DNA of 64,000 nt from Eledone cirrhosa. Lineage: Eukaryota. The stretch is from the NCBI GenBank assembly GCA_964016885.1, contig OZ024743.1, positions 108,128,001 to 108,192,000 on the forward strand. Direction: 5' to 3'. Under the pieces are notes generated by a model, which made no database searches, was not told the origin of the DNA, and saw only the letters and a program-made list of their open reading frames with translations. The translations under genes and the position numbers were made by a program. Each line of letters opens with the position of its first letter. Position 1 is the first letter of the stretch. Of this stretch, positions 1-12,907 are shown one piece after another.

Positions 1-145
1 TGAGGGACACAATAATGTTGTGTTGATCTGAGTTAAATAAATGTCTCTGTGTCAAAAGTCAAAATATTTCTTGAGTTTACGTTGATTATATATATGTAAT
101 TAAATATGAATATATATATATATATATATATACATATATATATAC

Positions 146-176
<31 letters not shown>

Positions 177-193
177 CACACACTTATATATAA

Positions 194-287
<94 letters not shown>

Positions 288-400
288 GACGTAAAATAAA
301 AAAAAATTAAAATTAACTTACTTACTAAGATTTACATACTTACTAACACATATATTTGCTAGCATGGGTATACATCTGTATACATATGTTGGTAGATATA

Positions 401-532
<132 letters not shown>

Positions 533-1060
533 CAGATCAAACAAAACCAGACAAGGCTATATATATATATTTATATTCATGTCTGCATGTTTGGGGAAAA
601 CTCGACCACGTACGTGTAAATTCACACGAAGCCTATTTTAATGATTTTATTCTTTTAATGTCAGTGTATTACGAAGATCTTATTGCTATTTCATTAGGGA
701 TATTTCATATAGGTTCAATAATTGACTCCTTTGTAACATTTAATCTTCACGTGGTAGAATTAGCTACTGACTCTCTATCAGACTAGACACTAGGTCCTTT
801 AAAGCGAGAAGACAGTAATTCATGACGTTGGTATAAGTGGTGAATTTTGGATTGTACTTGAGCAAGGTAATTTATTTTGCGTTCCTATAGTCCATGGTTG
901 AAATGTATTGTACCTGTAATTCAAAGGTGTTACAATGAATCGGCTCTAGAAGCACTATCTCATAAAATTAAAACCCACTGCCTGTGGGTTTTAATTTTAT
1001 GAGATAGGGCGTTCTTCTAATCGTATCAAGGGGAACACTCGTCGTCGTAACCGTAAGGAC

Positions 1061-1201
<141 letters not shown>

Positions 1202-1699
1202 ACAAAAATGTTTAATGCGATACAGAGTTAGATGTAGGTACGCATACCTAAACACACACACAAACACATTTATATATCAGCAACCATATATACGCATAAG
1301 TATTAAACACACACATACTTAAGGATATTGGCTGTAGATACATACAGCCGACGTCTGTAGTCGATATTGGTCTTTCATGTTTCACTAAACAACGTCTTGG
1401 TTCGATGATTATATCCATTTTCGTTATTACTTCCCATATTTCCATAGAACTCAAACTCGTGTTGATTGAGTGGAGGCCATTTTGATAGTGTTTACTCTTT
1501 CACTTTACTATTCTTTATATTTCTTTTTTATTACCTTTTCTTCGTCTTCAGAAGTCTTTTGTTTTTGTGGGTGATTATTTTATTTTACTCTGTGTTATTT
1601 CTTTGCTTTGTTTTATTTGCCGGAATTGTCCCTTCATATTTCTGTCCTCATTTATCTATTGCTTTATTCTACTTGTCTATTTACGAAACTATATCGATT

Positions 1700-2560
<861 letters not shown>

Positions 2561-2833
2561 CTCACATAGCCAACTATTTGTGGTGTTTGTAATATCCATA
2601 ATTACATGTGTATCAAATCCCTTCTAACTGGGAGGGGATAAACAAAAGACTTTCAGGAAATGTTCTTCTAATATAATGGGGAACATGCCTCTAGGGTTCA
2701 TCCCCTGAAGAATAATATAAGCTATGTTTACTTTTTTTTTTTTGTAGAATCAACAATTTTATGTATCCATCTGGTTTGTTATTTCCATTGATCCAGCACT
2801 TCTCGCCACCCCCACCCCATCAATCTGTCTCTC

Positions 2834-3021
<188 letters not shown>

Positions 3022-4147
3022 CGTAGGGCTTATTGTTCGATAATGAACACTGAGACTTAGAGAGTAGCACTTGTGTTATACAAGCGTTTGTCAATATAAC
3101 CTGTGTTGTGCATTAGTCTTTTTTGCAATATTCACAAACCTCCACCTATTACAGGGCAGGGTTCTAAATTCTTTACACCATACAGCCAGTGACCCTATTT
3201 CTGCATTTATTGGGTGTGAGGCTAACTTGACCAAATTTACGTAGTTTCCTCTGGCGGGTTCAGTCAGGGTTCATCCGTCACCTCTGCTGATGTGTACTGT
3301 GTTGGATTTTTGGAAATACCTGGGCGTGGGGTTTTGGAACCTCCTTTTGTTGCTGCGTAGAACTGTCACCTTCTTGCATATACGTCGATGTAGACTTGCA
3401 GGAATAATTTAGGTGTTGCTGAGCCGGTAATTATCTGACAAGATAATGCAATAATTATGTATGCTTTGTGTACAATTAGACATAAAAACATCCCAAAATT
3501 AACTGAGTGAGTACCATCTCGCTATCTTTGTCTTCCTCTCTCTGTGCATATGTGTATGTATATGACTTTGCAGTGTGTGTGTGTGTGAGGGGGGGGCGGG
3601 GGGTCATGTTACCAAAAAAACACACACACAGCTTTTTATTACAATTTCCCAGTATGTTAGTGTTCTGAAATGCTATTTATCCAGTTCAGCTATCAGTTCT
3701 TATGATGATGAAGTAAGCTTTCAGTTAGTACCACACCGAAAATCATGGCAATTAAACCCGATTCTCGACGTCACCCTTGTTGCCACTTGCGGATGGGTGA
3801 GACAATCAGTTCAATAGGCAAGTACTTCTTACATCATAATTGCGAAGAATCTTAGTCATGATGTGTTTAAACTCTCGATTCCCCCTCAAATGTTTATCTG
3901 CTTTTCCACGTGAAGACAGATCCTGGCTAGTCCTCCACCCCGCTTCACATTCTCTGATCGCCATAGCGACTAATTTATTATCTTCTATCTTACCTTTGTT
4001 CTGTCATATACGATCATTTTTGACGATGGCATAACTTTGAAAATAAATAAAAACCATCCGGTTATTAAAGTTACCAACTGGTAATTTATAATAAATTGAA
4101 GTGAAAACGAACAGGTGTGTTTGTTTTAAATGACAGAATGACACACC

Positions 4148-4240
<93 letters not shown>

Positions 4241-4246
<6 letters not shown>

Positions 4247-4557
4247 AATGAATAATAACAGGTAGACATCATAAAAAGGTAGTTTATTCCGTGTGCTTAC
4301 AAGTGTTTCCACGGTGGTACTGCAGCCTAGTTCCGCTACGTGCAAATTCACAAGTATTTGCAGAACTCGAATATCCAATGCTGTGACCACTGTTTCCTCA
4401 GAGCAGAATGGTAAATATACAATGTAAAAACCCTTAAGTGGGGTTGTTGGGGAAGATAGAGTGGAACAGGAAGAGAGAAAAGTAGGGAAGATGGAGAGAG
4501 AAGGAAAGATATGCAGGGGTTGGAGAAGTAGGAGAGAGTGGCTTGTAGATATCCATC

Positions 4558-4560
<3 letters not shown>
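4241..4560 (-). mobile_element. Short Penelope-like (pLTR-derived) unit embedded in (TA)n; second partial copy at 45897-46041 (+)
   Basis: About 145 bp are near-identical, in inverted orientation, to 45897-46041. The unit carries the hammerhead motif and is flanked by (TA)n on both sides. Confidence 0.6.
4294..4405 (-). ncRNA. Type I hammerhead ribozyme motif with long helix II (Penelope-like terminal repeat)
   Basis: Minus strand reads UGCU-CUGAGGA-[AACAGUGGU...ACCACCGUG]-GAAA-CACUUG-UA/AGCA. Helix I is UGCU/AGCA, the cleavage triplet is GUA, and AATAAA lies 5 nt after helix I. Helix II has A.G and A.C mismatches near its base. Confidence 0.7.
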
Positions 4561-4655
<95 letters not shown>

Positions 4656-4659
4656 TATA

Positions 4660-5576
4660 ATGAAATATATGGAGAATAGACATGGCTGTGTAGTTACTAT
4701 TTAAGGTAACTTAAAATGCAGTGGGAATAAGAGGAAAGCGAGAAGAGATGTTTCCTCATCAGTTGTCTACTGGGGGTCTCGGATATTTCTAGGCTTTAAA
4801 GACAAGATATCTTACTTCAGGGCCTCAATAACTAGATAGGTTATTGGGAAAACGGAAGAGGGAGGGAAGGAAAGCAAAAGGGAAGCAAAGAGAAAATAGT
4901 AAAAAAAAGCAGCGAAAAAAAACAAGAAACCGAGGAAATCCAAGAACAATCGATAAGAGAACTTACGTTGAGGACTGAGTGGTCGAGAGAAAAAAGACAC
5001 ACGTCTGATCCCCGCAGTTGTAAGTAAGGAAAGAACTGCTAAAGTTTCAGGTGACAAGGTGAAAGCGAGAGGGGGAGGAAGAAAGTGGAGTAAGAGTAGA
5101 TATAGAGAACAGGAGTGGAAGAAAGAGGGGTGAGAGTAGAAGGTAGTGAAATAGGTAGGTAGAAGGGAGAGAAGAATGGTCACAGCGAAAACATGATGAA
5201 ATATATGGAAAATAGAAATGACTCTGTAGTTGGTATTTAAGCTAACTTAAAATGCATTGGAAATACGAAGAAAGCAATAACTGGGGTTCCTCATCAGTTG
5301 TCTACCGGGGGTCTCGGATATTTCTACGCTTTAAATACAAGACATCTCACTCCAGGGCGTCAATAACTGGATAAGTTATTGGGAAAACGGAGGAGGAAGA
5401 AAAGGAAAGGAAAATGGAAGCAAAGAGAAAACAGTAAAAAAAAATCAGCGAAAAATACATCAAACCGAGCAATGTGCGAGCAGCTTAAGGTAAGGAAATC
5501 CAAGACCACTCGATGAGAGAACTTAAGTTCAAGACTGAGTGGTCGAAAGAAAAAGGACACACGTCTGATCGCCGCA
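4660..5576. repeat. Diverged tandem direct repeat of ~360-380 bp (4660-5016 and 5196-5576), probably retroelement terminal repeats
   Basis: Both copies run from atgaaatatatgga through cctcatcagttgtctac and gttattgggaaaacgg to acacgtctgatc. They are separated by a purine-rich spacer and flanked by (TA)n. Confidence 0.8.
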
Positions 5577-5741
5577 TATATATATATATATATAAGGAGT
5601 TGACGGACCCAGCATATTTATTAATGCCAGGACCGGTTGTATCTCAGCATACTCCATTGGCAATGTAAGATACATTCCCAGAGTATACACATATATATTT
5701 GCTTCAATACAACACACGTAAAATCAGTGCCTATAATAGTT

Positions 5742-5850
5742 CCCGGACTCGAGTTTCGGCCGCACTAATGCAGCAGTAAGGTGCACTGCACCATCCGTCT
5801 GCATATATTATGCAACAATGACAATCGGCTTATGCGGCTTCATCAGCGGG
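5742..5850 (-). ncRNA. Type I hammerhead ribozyme motif with branched helix II
   Basis: Minus strand reads CCCG-CUGAUGA-A-GCCGCAU...GUGCGGC-C-GAAA-CUCGAG-UC/CGGG. Helix I is CCCG/CGGG, helix II has a 7-bp stem, helix III is the palindrome ACUCGAGU, and the site is GUC. Confidence 0.75.
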
Positions 5851-5895
5851 TATCGCCTAATCAATAACCAATTGATATATATATATATACTCGTA

Positions 5896-5990
<95 letters not shown>

Positions 5991-5993
5991 ATA

Positions 5994-6096
5994 ACGAAGG
6001 AAATGTGGCACGGAACCTGGTGGAGCATCACGCACCAGAGTTCAGACCTAGCTGTCAAAACGGTCGGAGCTCAGCCGTCGGGGTTCTGACTCTTTT

Positions 6097-6098
<2 letters not shown>
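5994..6098 (+). mobile_element. Short (TA)n-embedded repeat; related pieces at 18697-18750 and 18778-18924
   Basis: The motifs acgaa(g)gaaatgtgg...ggtgga.cat.acgcacca and gagctcagccgtcgggg recur near 18.7-18.9 kb. Confidence 0.6.
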
Positions 6099-6162
<64 letters not shown>

Positions 6163-6244
6163 TATATCAAAATAAATTAACGGAGTCATAACTCGCATTC
6201 CCTGTACATTGATAAACACACGCACCCTCTCTCTCTCGTGTATC

Positions 6245-6275
<31 letters not shown>

Positions 6276-7000
6276 AGTGTGTGTGTGTGTGTGTGCGTGC
6301 GGGCGCTTAAGTGTGTATGAGTGTGTGCATGTATTTATGTATACACACATACATGCACACACACACACACACAGAGATACACACACACACACACACACAT
6401 ATATGTGTGTGTGTGTGATTAAAAAACACGTTATTTCGGGCTCGGACCTATTTAAACTATTGTTAAAGTGTAAATCAATGGCTGGACTTTAAGTAAATTT
6501 ATATTAATGAATGAATACTTATAGTTTACCAAAAAAAAGAAAGAAAGAAAGGAAGAAACTGAAAGCGACAGGAAGATTATAAAATTATATTTCTCAGCAT
6601 ATATTCTCTGAGCGCATTAAAAGATGCCTTGTTAAGTGTTGCAAATTTGATGTGAAAGATAAGTAGCTAATCCTAAGGGGTAGTAGAGGTCAGTAGGGCA
6701 AGGTCATGCAACAAACATTAGCTACATCCTCACGCTACACCCATCATTTCATTATCCCATAGAATATGTAGGTGGGGGGAAACAAACCAAAACCACCAAA
6801 GAGAAAGACCCCTATCTAACAACCATATTGTATCTGTCAAAATGATGAAAACATGAGAGGGGTGAAGGAAGATGTTTATGGAGATCTAACTAATGCGATT
6901 TTTCTCCGATGACAATTTTGTTTTAAAAATAATAATAATTCCATTTATTTGCCACAAGGGCACAAGAAGAATGGGGCCTTACAATAAACAACGTAATCAT

Positions 7001-7140
7001 AATAATAATTGTTTCTACTTTTGGCACAAGACCAGCAATTACCCCAGTGTATTACTGGTACTTTATTTTATCGACTCCGTAAGGATGAAAAGCAAAGTTA
7101 ACCTCGCGGGATTTGAACTCAGACCTTAAAGGGCCGTAAA
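7001..7140 (-). mobile_element. tRNA-derived SINE, 5'-truncated
   Basis: Matches the other copies: B box GAGTTCAAATCC, central ctttgc.tttcatccttacgg.gtcgataaaataaagtaccag, and an (ATT)n tail. Confidence 0.85.
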
Positions 7141-7152
7141 TCTTTGCTAATG

Positions 7153-7640
7153 ATAATAATAATGTTTTCTTTATTGATCACAAAGGGTTTACAATAAAAA
7201 ACATTAAGGTCAGACAATGTGGGTTTCTGCTTGTACAATTGATTATAAATCAAACACAAAGAATAAAACAAAACGAAATAGAATCAAAAGACCCCCCCCC
7301 CCCCCCCAATAGTGGGGGGGGGGGGTAACTAACGAGGGTTACTCATTCGCCATGACCACCAAGGCAAGTGCCCTCCCTCAGTTTGCAGGCACTCACTCAG
7401 AGCAAACCCATTCATTCGAGCCATTCTCGCCTCTTTCAGCCACCTCATAACAATTTGTTTTGAAGGCAGCACTTCCTTCTCCACCCTCATTTTCCTCTTC
7501 AAGTGAAATCTGAAAAAGTTAATCAGAGTGTTACCGAAGAGGAAAGTGCCCGTCTTCAGCCCTTTCAGATGTGTCCACCATAACACCTCTTTCGGCCACC
7601 AGACAGACAAACACAGCCTGTGATTCCTGGCTAAAGAAAA
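7153..7640 (-). mobile_element. 3' end fragment of a Tx1/L1-type LINE
   Basis: The peptide KEVLWWTHLKGLKTGTFLFGNTLINFFRFHLKRKMRVEKEVL parallels the C-terminus of the element at 54566-54760. It is followed by a 3' UTR and an (ATT)n end. Confidence 0.8.
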
Positions 7641-8877
7641 GCGATAACGATGATGATTTCTGTTATTGGAAACCAGGGCCCAAATTGTGAGGGTCGGTTA
7701 AAGAAAGCGGTGATTCAAAAGGGAAACAGCAGGTAAAGGTTATTTGAATAATCAGGATAATAGTATTAAAAATAACATTTATTTATTTTATTTATCACAG
7801 TGGCGCCGAATGAAGTGTACGTTACAACATCTTGTTTCACCACGTAGGTGTAGGTTTACATATAGATCTTTGAAAAAATGACATTAAGTATACATAGTAT
7901 ACGCAGTATTTACACAGCGATTACAAATTAGTTATACTTAGTACACATACTAGATATACACGTAGTATACAAATTATGTATACACTGTGTGCACATTATG
8001 TATATATAGTATACAAATTATTTATCATAGTATACAAACTGTGTATACATGGTATTCAAATTACATTTTCTCTCTACATGATCGACAAATTCGATGGCAC
8101 TAATTTCCAGATGTTGAATCAGTCATCTAAGAAAAAAAAACCCCATTATATACTAATACGAATGTGAGAATCAATCAGCATTGTTGCCATTACCACCTTG
8201 AAAAATCTCTGCGATCATTGTACCTAATAGAGATAGTAGTCTTATCTCTCGCACATATAGTTATACATACTCTATACTTGGAACAGAAAGGTTCGGTTAA
8301 AATGCCTTTCGGTTGTTAGTTTCAGCATTTTACCATTTGTGTTCCAATGATGCCGCTGTCAGCGTTTCATTTCAGCATTTCGAAGTCATTAATATAGAGT
8401 ACCAGCCAAACAATGGTTCGTTATAATATACCTTTTTTTAATCACAAGTTGTTGTCATTAAGTTTAAAGTAGAAATCACTACTACAATTCCGAATATATT
8501 TATATTGTTCTCAACGAATAAATCCCTCGCTAATCAAACTGTGATAAGGTGAAAACCCTTGAGAAATATGTATATGGTGGGGGTAGATGAAAACCAAAAG
8601 AAGGAGAAGAGAAGTTACAAAGGAGAATAACAGGGAAGAAATAGGAAAGAAAAGGATTAATGCTGCAGATGAAGGTATTAAGTTCAATAGGTTAGATGAG
8701 GACGTATGTTTTTAGTTGACCTAGTCATCCATTAGGGCAACGTAGCTCTAACAGTCCCCTACTCTTTTTATCTTCTTCACAATGACCCCAATCCCATTAA
8801 ATAAGCCGCCCTCCCCAAACAATGTATTAAGAACACACATACAAACACACGCTTGCAAGCTGATGCTCACACACACA

Positions 8878-8994
<117 letters not shown>

Positions 8995-9189
8995 ACACTC
9001 GCAAATGTACAGCGTGACCTTCACACTACCTTCTTCATACCGCCAATCGAGATTTATTATTATTAATATTTGCTTATTGAATGTGGATTTCTATATTTTA
9101 ATCTTTTTTATTCATGTATGTACAAATGTACGTGCGTTCGTAAATGTATGTATGTTATCTCTTTCTCTTAAGTTCGAGTATATTTTTTT

Positions 9190-9665
9190 TGACCGGCCAC
9201 CTTCCTGGTGGCAAGGATGTAACAGAAAAGAAATTGTCATTCCTTGAATCGCAAGAATGTTTTGCAAATTTTGAAGGTACCAGCTATCGCTGCCATTTGT
9301 AGACTATGAATTAGGGAGCTCCGCTCTTTGTCCGCAAATCCAAGTTCAGTCATACTTTGGTCCAAGCGGGTTGGTATATAACCCATAGCTCCAATAATGA
9401 TTGGTATGAAGCTAAAGGTGTATCTTGGATACGGGATTTGTAAACTCCTCATCAATGGTCCGTAGATGTCCTTCTTCTCCTGTATTTTTCTGACAAAGTT
9501 TACATCAAGTGGGCAGCTGATCTCCACAACAGAACACGTTTTCAATGTGTGGTCCCAAACAACAATATCAGGCCGGTTGTGCTTTAACTTGGTGGCAGTT
9601 TTTATTTTCAGGTTCCACCAGTATTCCTTAGCGCCATCTGTCTCAATATATTCTTCCTCATTTTT
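9190..9665 (-). mobile_element. 3' fragment of an R4/Dong-type (RLE) non-LTR retrotransposon: restriction-like endonuclease
   Basis: ORF 9237-9752 contains WWNLKIKT..LKHNRPDIVVWD....CSVVEISCP......EKKDIY...IPIIIGAMG...LQMAAIAGT, a PD-(D/E)xK domain typical of R4/Dong C-termini. Confidence 0.85.
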
Positions 9666-9854
9666 TGTTAATTTTGTATGTATGTATGTATGTTCTTCTG
9701 GTTTTATAATTTCACAAAGTTTTAAAAACCAGAAGAACATACATACATACATACAAAATTAACAACAAACGAGGTATGTATGCATGTATGTATGTATGTA
9801 TGTATGTATGTATGTATGTATGTATGTATGTATGTATGTATGTATGCATGAATG

Positions 9855-10458
9855 TCAGGTCACCAGTTGGTGCTACTGGTAACATGTATCCCAGTACAAC
9901 CTGTCTCATGTTCGGGTTGTTGGCGACTAAACTGGCAACCCCGCCAAGGTTTCTTGGTGAGGATGGTGACTTTGGACATCCTGCAGGACTAAAAACAAAA
10001 CCTGTCAAAGGGCAAAGGACCTCTTAAGAGTCAATGGCCATCCAAAATCGCCGGGAGAGATGACCCCTTAGCCTTTGTCAAGGCAGAATTATAGAAGGAA
10101 CACTCTGATATCACACCTGCAAACCTGGTGGTATCCAATGATGTTGACATGTTCTTCTTTTTGGTAAATATCATCTTGGTCAAGAGAGTGGGACTGGCTT
10201 TGTGCAGTGCCTTTGCTCACTATAAAAGCTTCACAGCACAGGTATTGCTTTATATCTGGAGATCTCTCTGCACTTGTCGTCACATGGTACCGTGGGCCCA
10301 GCACTATGTGACAATTATTGTCACAGGTGTAGTGTTTGTACCAGAGTGTTCAAGTCGCTGGCTGGACTAAAAAGTCACACTCGTTCAGCGCATCGGTAGG
10401 GGTTCTCCTACATGGATATAAAGTAGTGGCCGTACTCGAAAACGAGTTGGCAGCCATC
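9855..10458 (+). mobile_element. Non-autonomous bipartite RTE-derived element (~600 bp) within (TATG)n
   Basis: 10322-10399 encodes HRCSVCTRVFKSLAGLKSHTRSAHR*, resembling the C-terminal C2H2 finger of RTE/BovB ORFs. A short 3' UTR and (ATGT)n tail follow, with no EN or RT between the ends. A second copy lies at 39436-39848 (-). Confidence 0.7.
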
Positions 10459-10553
10459 ATGTATGTATGTATGTACGTACGTATGTATGTATGTATGTAT
10501 GTATGTATGTATGTATGTATGTATGTATGTATGTATGTCTGTATGTCTGTCTG

Positions 10554-10597
<44 letters not shown>

Positions 10598-10804
10598 CAA
10601 ATAACGAAACGAAATTAAATTTCGTTTCGTTTGTAACTCACTTTTGTATGACTGACCCTTAAACAATTAAGTTAAAAATACTGAAATATTAGTGTGCATA
10701 TGAATACACACACGTATACATATGTAGATGTAACAAGTCTTTCACTGGTTGCTTTACTGTGAGCAACCCAGCTATTCTGTATGTAAACACACAGACAAAC
10801 CGGT

Positions 10805-10898
<94 letters not shown>

Positions 10899-10987
10899 TA
10901 TATATATATATAATATTAACGCTTTATTCTTAGATTAGTACGATCTAATCTCGATTCATATGTATTTCATACTCAAAGACCATCTAT

Positions 10988-11069
<82 letters not shown>

Positions 11070-12907
11070 ATTCTTGATGTACATGCTGCAATATTGAGTT
11101 GTCCTGACGTGCAACGTTTTTCTTTGCACACAGACTATCTCACCTTGTCTTGACTCTTCTCTTATATGCCATGACCAAGACTCAATATGAATATTTTAAA
11201 GTATATCATTGACAGGTTCGTCAAATAGTGTTTGATAAGGGTTTTAGTACGAGGTATAATAGTTACTTTCTTTGAGTCATTACAAGATCATGGTTTCGCT
11301 TCCTGATCTGAGACACGTGTTGTTTTTTAAGCCAAATAATATATTTCATGTGGCTTAATCGCTCAGAAAGTTCAACCACCACAATAATATCAGAAACGTT
11401 GAATAGGTCAGAACTGAATATCATTAAATTTGCTTGTGTACAAAAGAAAATGAATCTTGGATATCATAAAACAGACGAATTCATCAACTTACAGCTTTCA
11501 TATCCATTGGACATAAAGCATGTTGTTTTTCTAAGTCTAAAAACCTAATTTCTTCGTCTAAAATAGAAGAGGCAAATCTTCTTGCTGAGAGATTATCCTT
11601 TTATACTCTAAGACACTGAAGGTGTATATATATATATATATATATATTGTAGTGAATTTCTTTAAACATATCCAAAGCTTGCAGAGCACTCAGTCCGATG
11701 GACGAGTGGTTGCATGCACAATTTAGTTAAATTCACAATAGTGATGTATGTCGAATACGTGTATGACACTGAGGAAGTGATTAAGGCACTTATACAGCAG
11801 TTCGCCATCTGTGTTATGGGGAACAATACAATGCACTTGTGATTCACATTAGATTAACCATAGATATAGGGAAAAGAGTCTGAAGGTTTGGGATGTTATT
11901 CATTTTTCGAAGGATCTAAGTGAGAATAAGAAATAAGATATACGAGAATAAGAAAAGAAAGAAAATAGGAGCTTTTTCAGAAAGAAAACTCGTATGTATC
12001 CAGTCATTTTGGAAACGTGCCGGTCAAAGTGGAATATATATATATATATAGAACAATACATGTGTTATGGTAATATTTCAAATCTTAGAGATTTAATAGA
12101 CAAAGCTTAGAAAATGTGTCCTTAATCCTCTCTGTAAACGGATTTAAAAACAAATGTTTTGTTGGATTTGTGGCAGATTACTTATAATTAGGACTAAAAT
12201 CCTATCCTTAAACAGAACATCGCTTCTCTTTGCTTTGTTCTTTAGGTCACTTAAGGACGGTTGTCCCCAAATCTGCTTCAATCACATCGACTGATCTTTC
12301 TGTTCTGACTATTATGAATCTTCTATACATGGTAGTAGTCGTGGGGGTTAGTAGTGTTAGTGGTTGGTGGGGTAGTAATATTAGTGGGCGTTGTTGTTGT
12401 GGTAGTGGTGGAGGTGATGGTGGTGGTAGTGGTTGTGTGGTGATGTTATGCGTGTGGTCTTACTTGATGTGATATTATGATATGACAATGCCCCTATATA
12501 GGAAACATATATCTATCTATCTTTCTATATGAGTTTCTAAAAAAGATCATATGTGAAGCATTTCTTTAAGTGGGTGTGTCTGTCTCAGTTTGTGTATGCG
12601 TTTTTGTAGCATCCATTTCCATTTACCACCACAATTTTCCATTGATTAATAGTACTTCGACGCCAAAAATGCATAACTGTTTCACATTCTTGTTAGATTC
12701 CTACATATATATGTATATATATATATATATATATTGTCCTGGGTATGACATTAAACTACATCCAGTGGCAAGGCTCCAGTTCGGGAGTTCAGGAGTTGTG
12801 GGGAAAGTGGAGTTACCCTAGTTGTCATAACTCCCAGGTCTGCCCTGGCCCGGAATAGTAGTACCTGTTAGGGCTCCATTTATGGGTTAGATAACTACCT
12901 TATTCGA

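Noticed and set aside
2630-2712. GGGGAUGAAC/GUUUAUCCCC pairing around GAAA on the minus strand
   Set aside because: The catalytic CUGANGA is not recognisable.
10322-10399. C2H2 zinc finger as a host zinc-finger gene exon
   Set aside because: It is a single finger at the end of a repeated element with a microsatellite tail, matching an RTE C-terminus.
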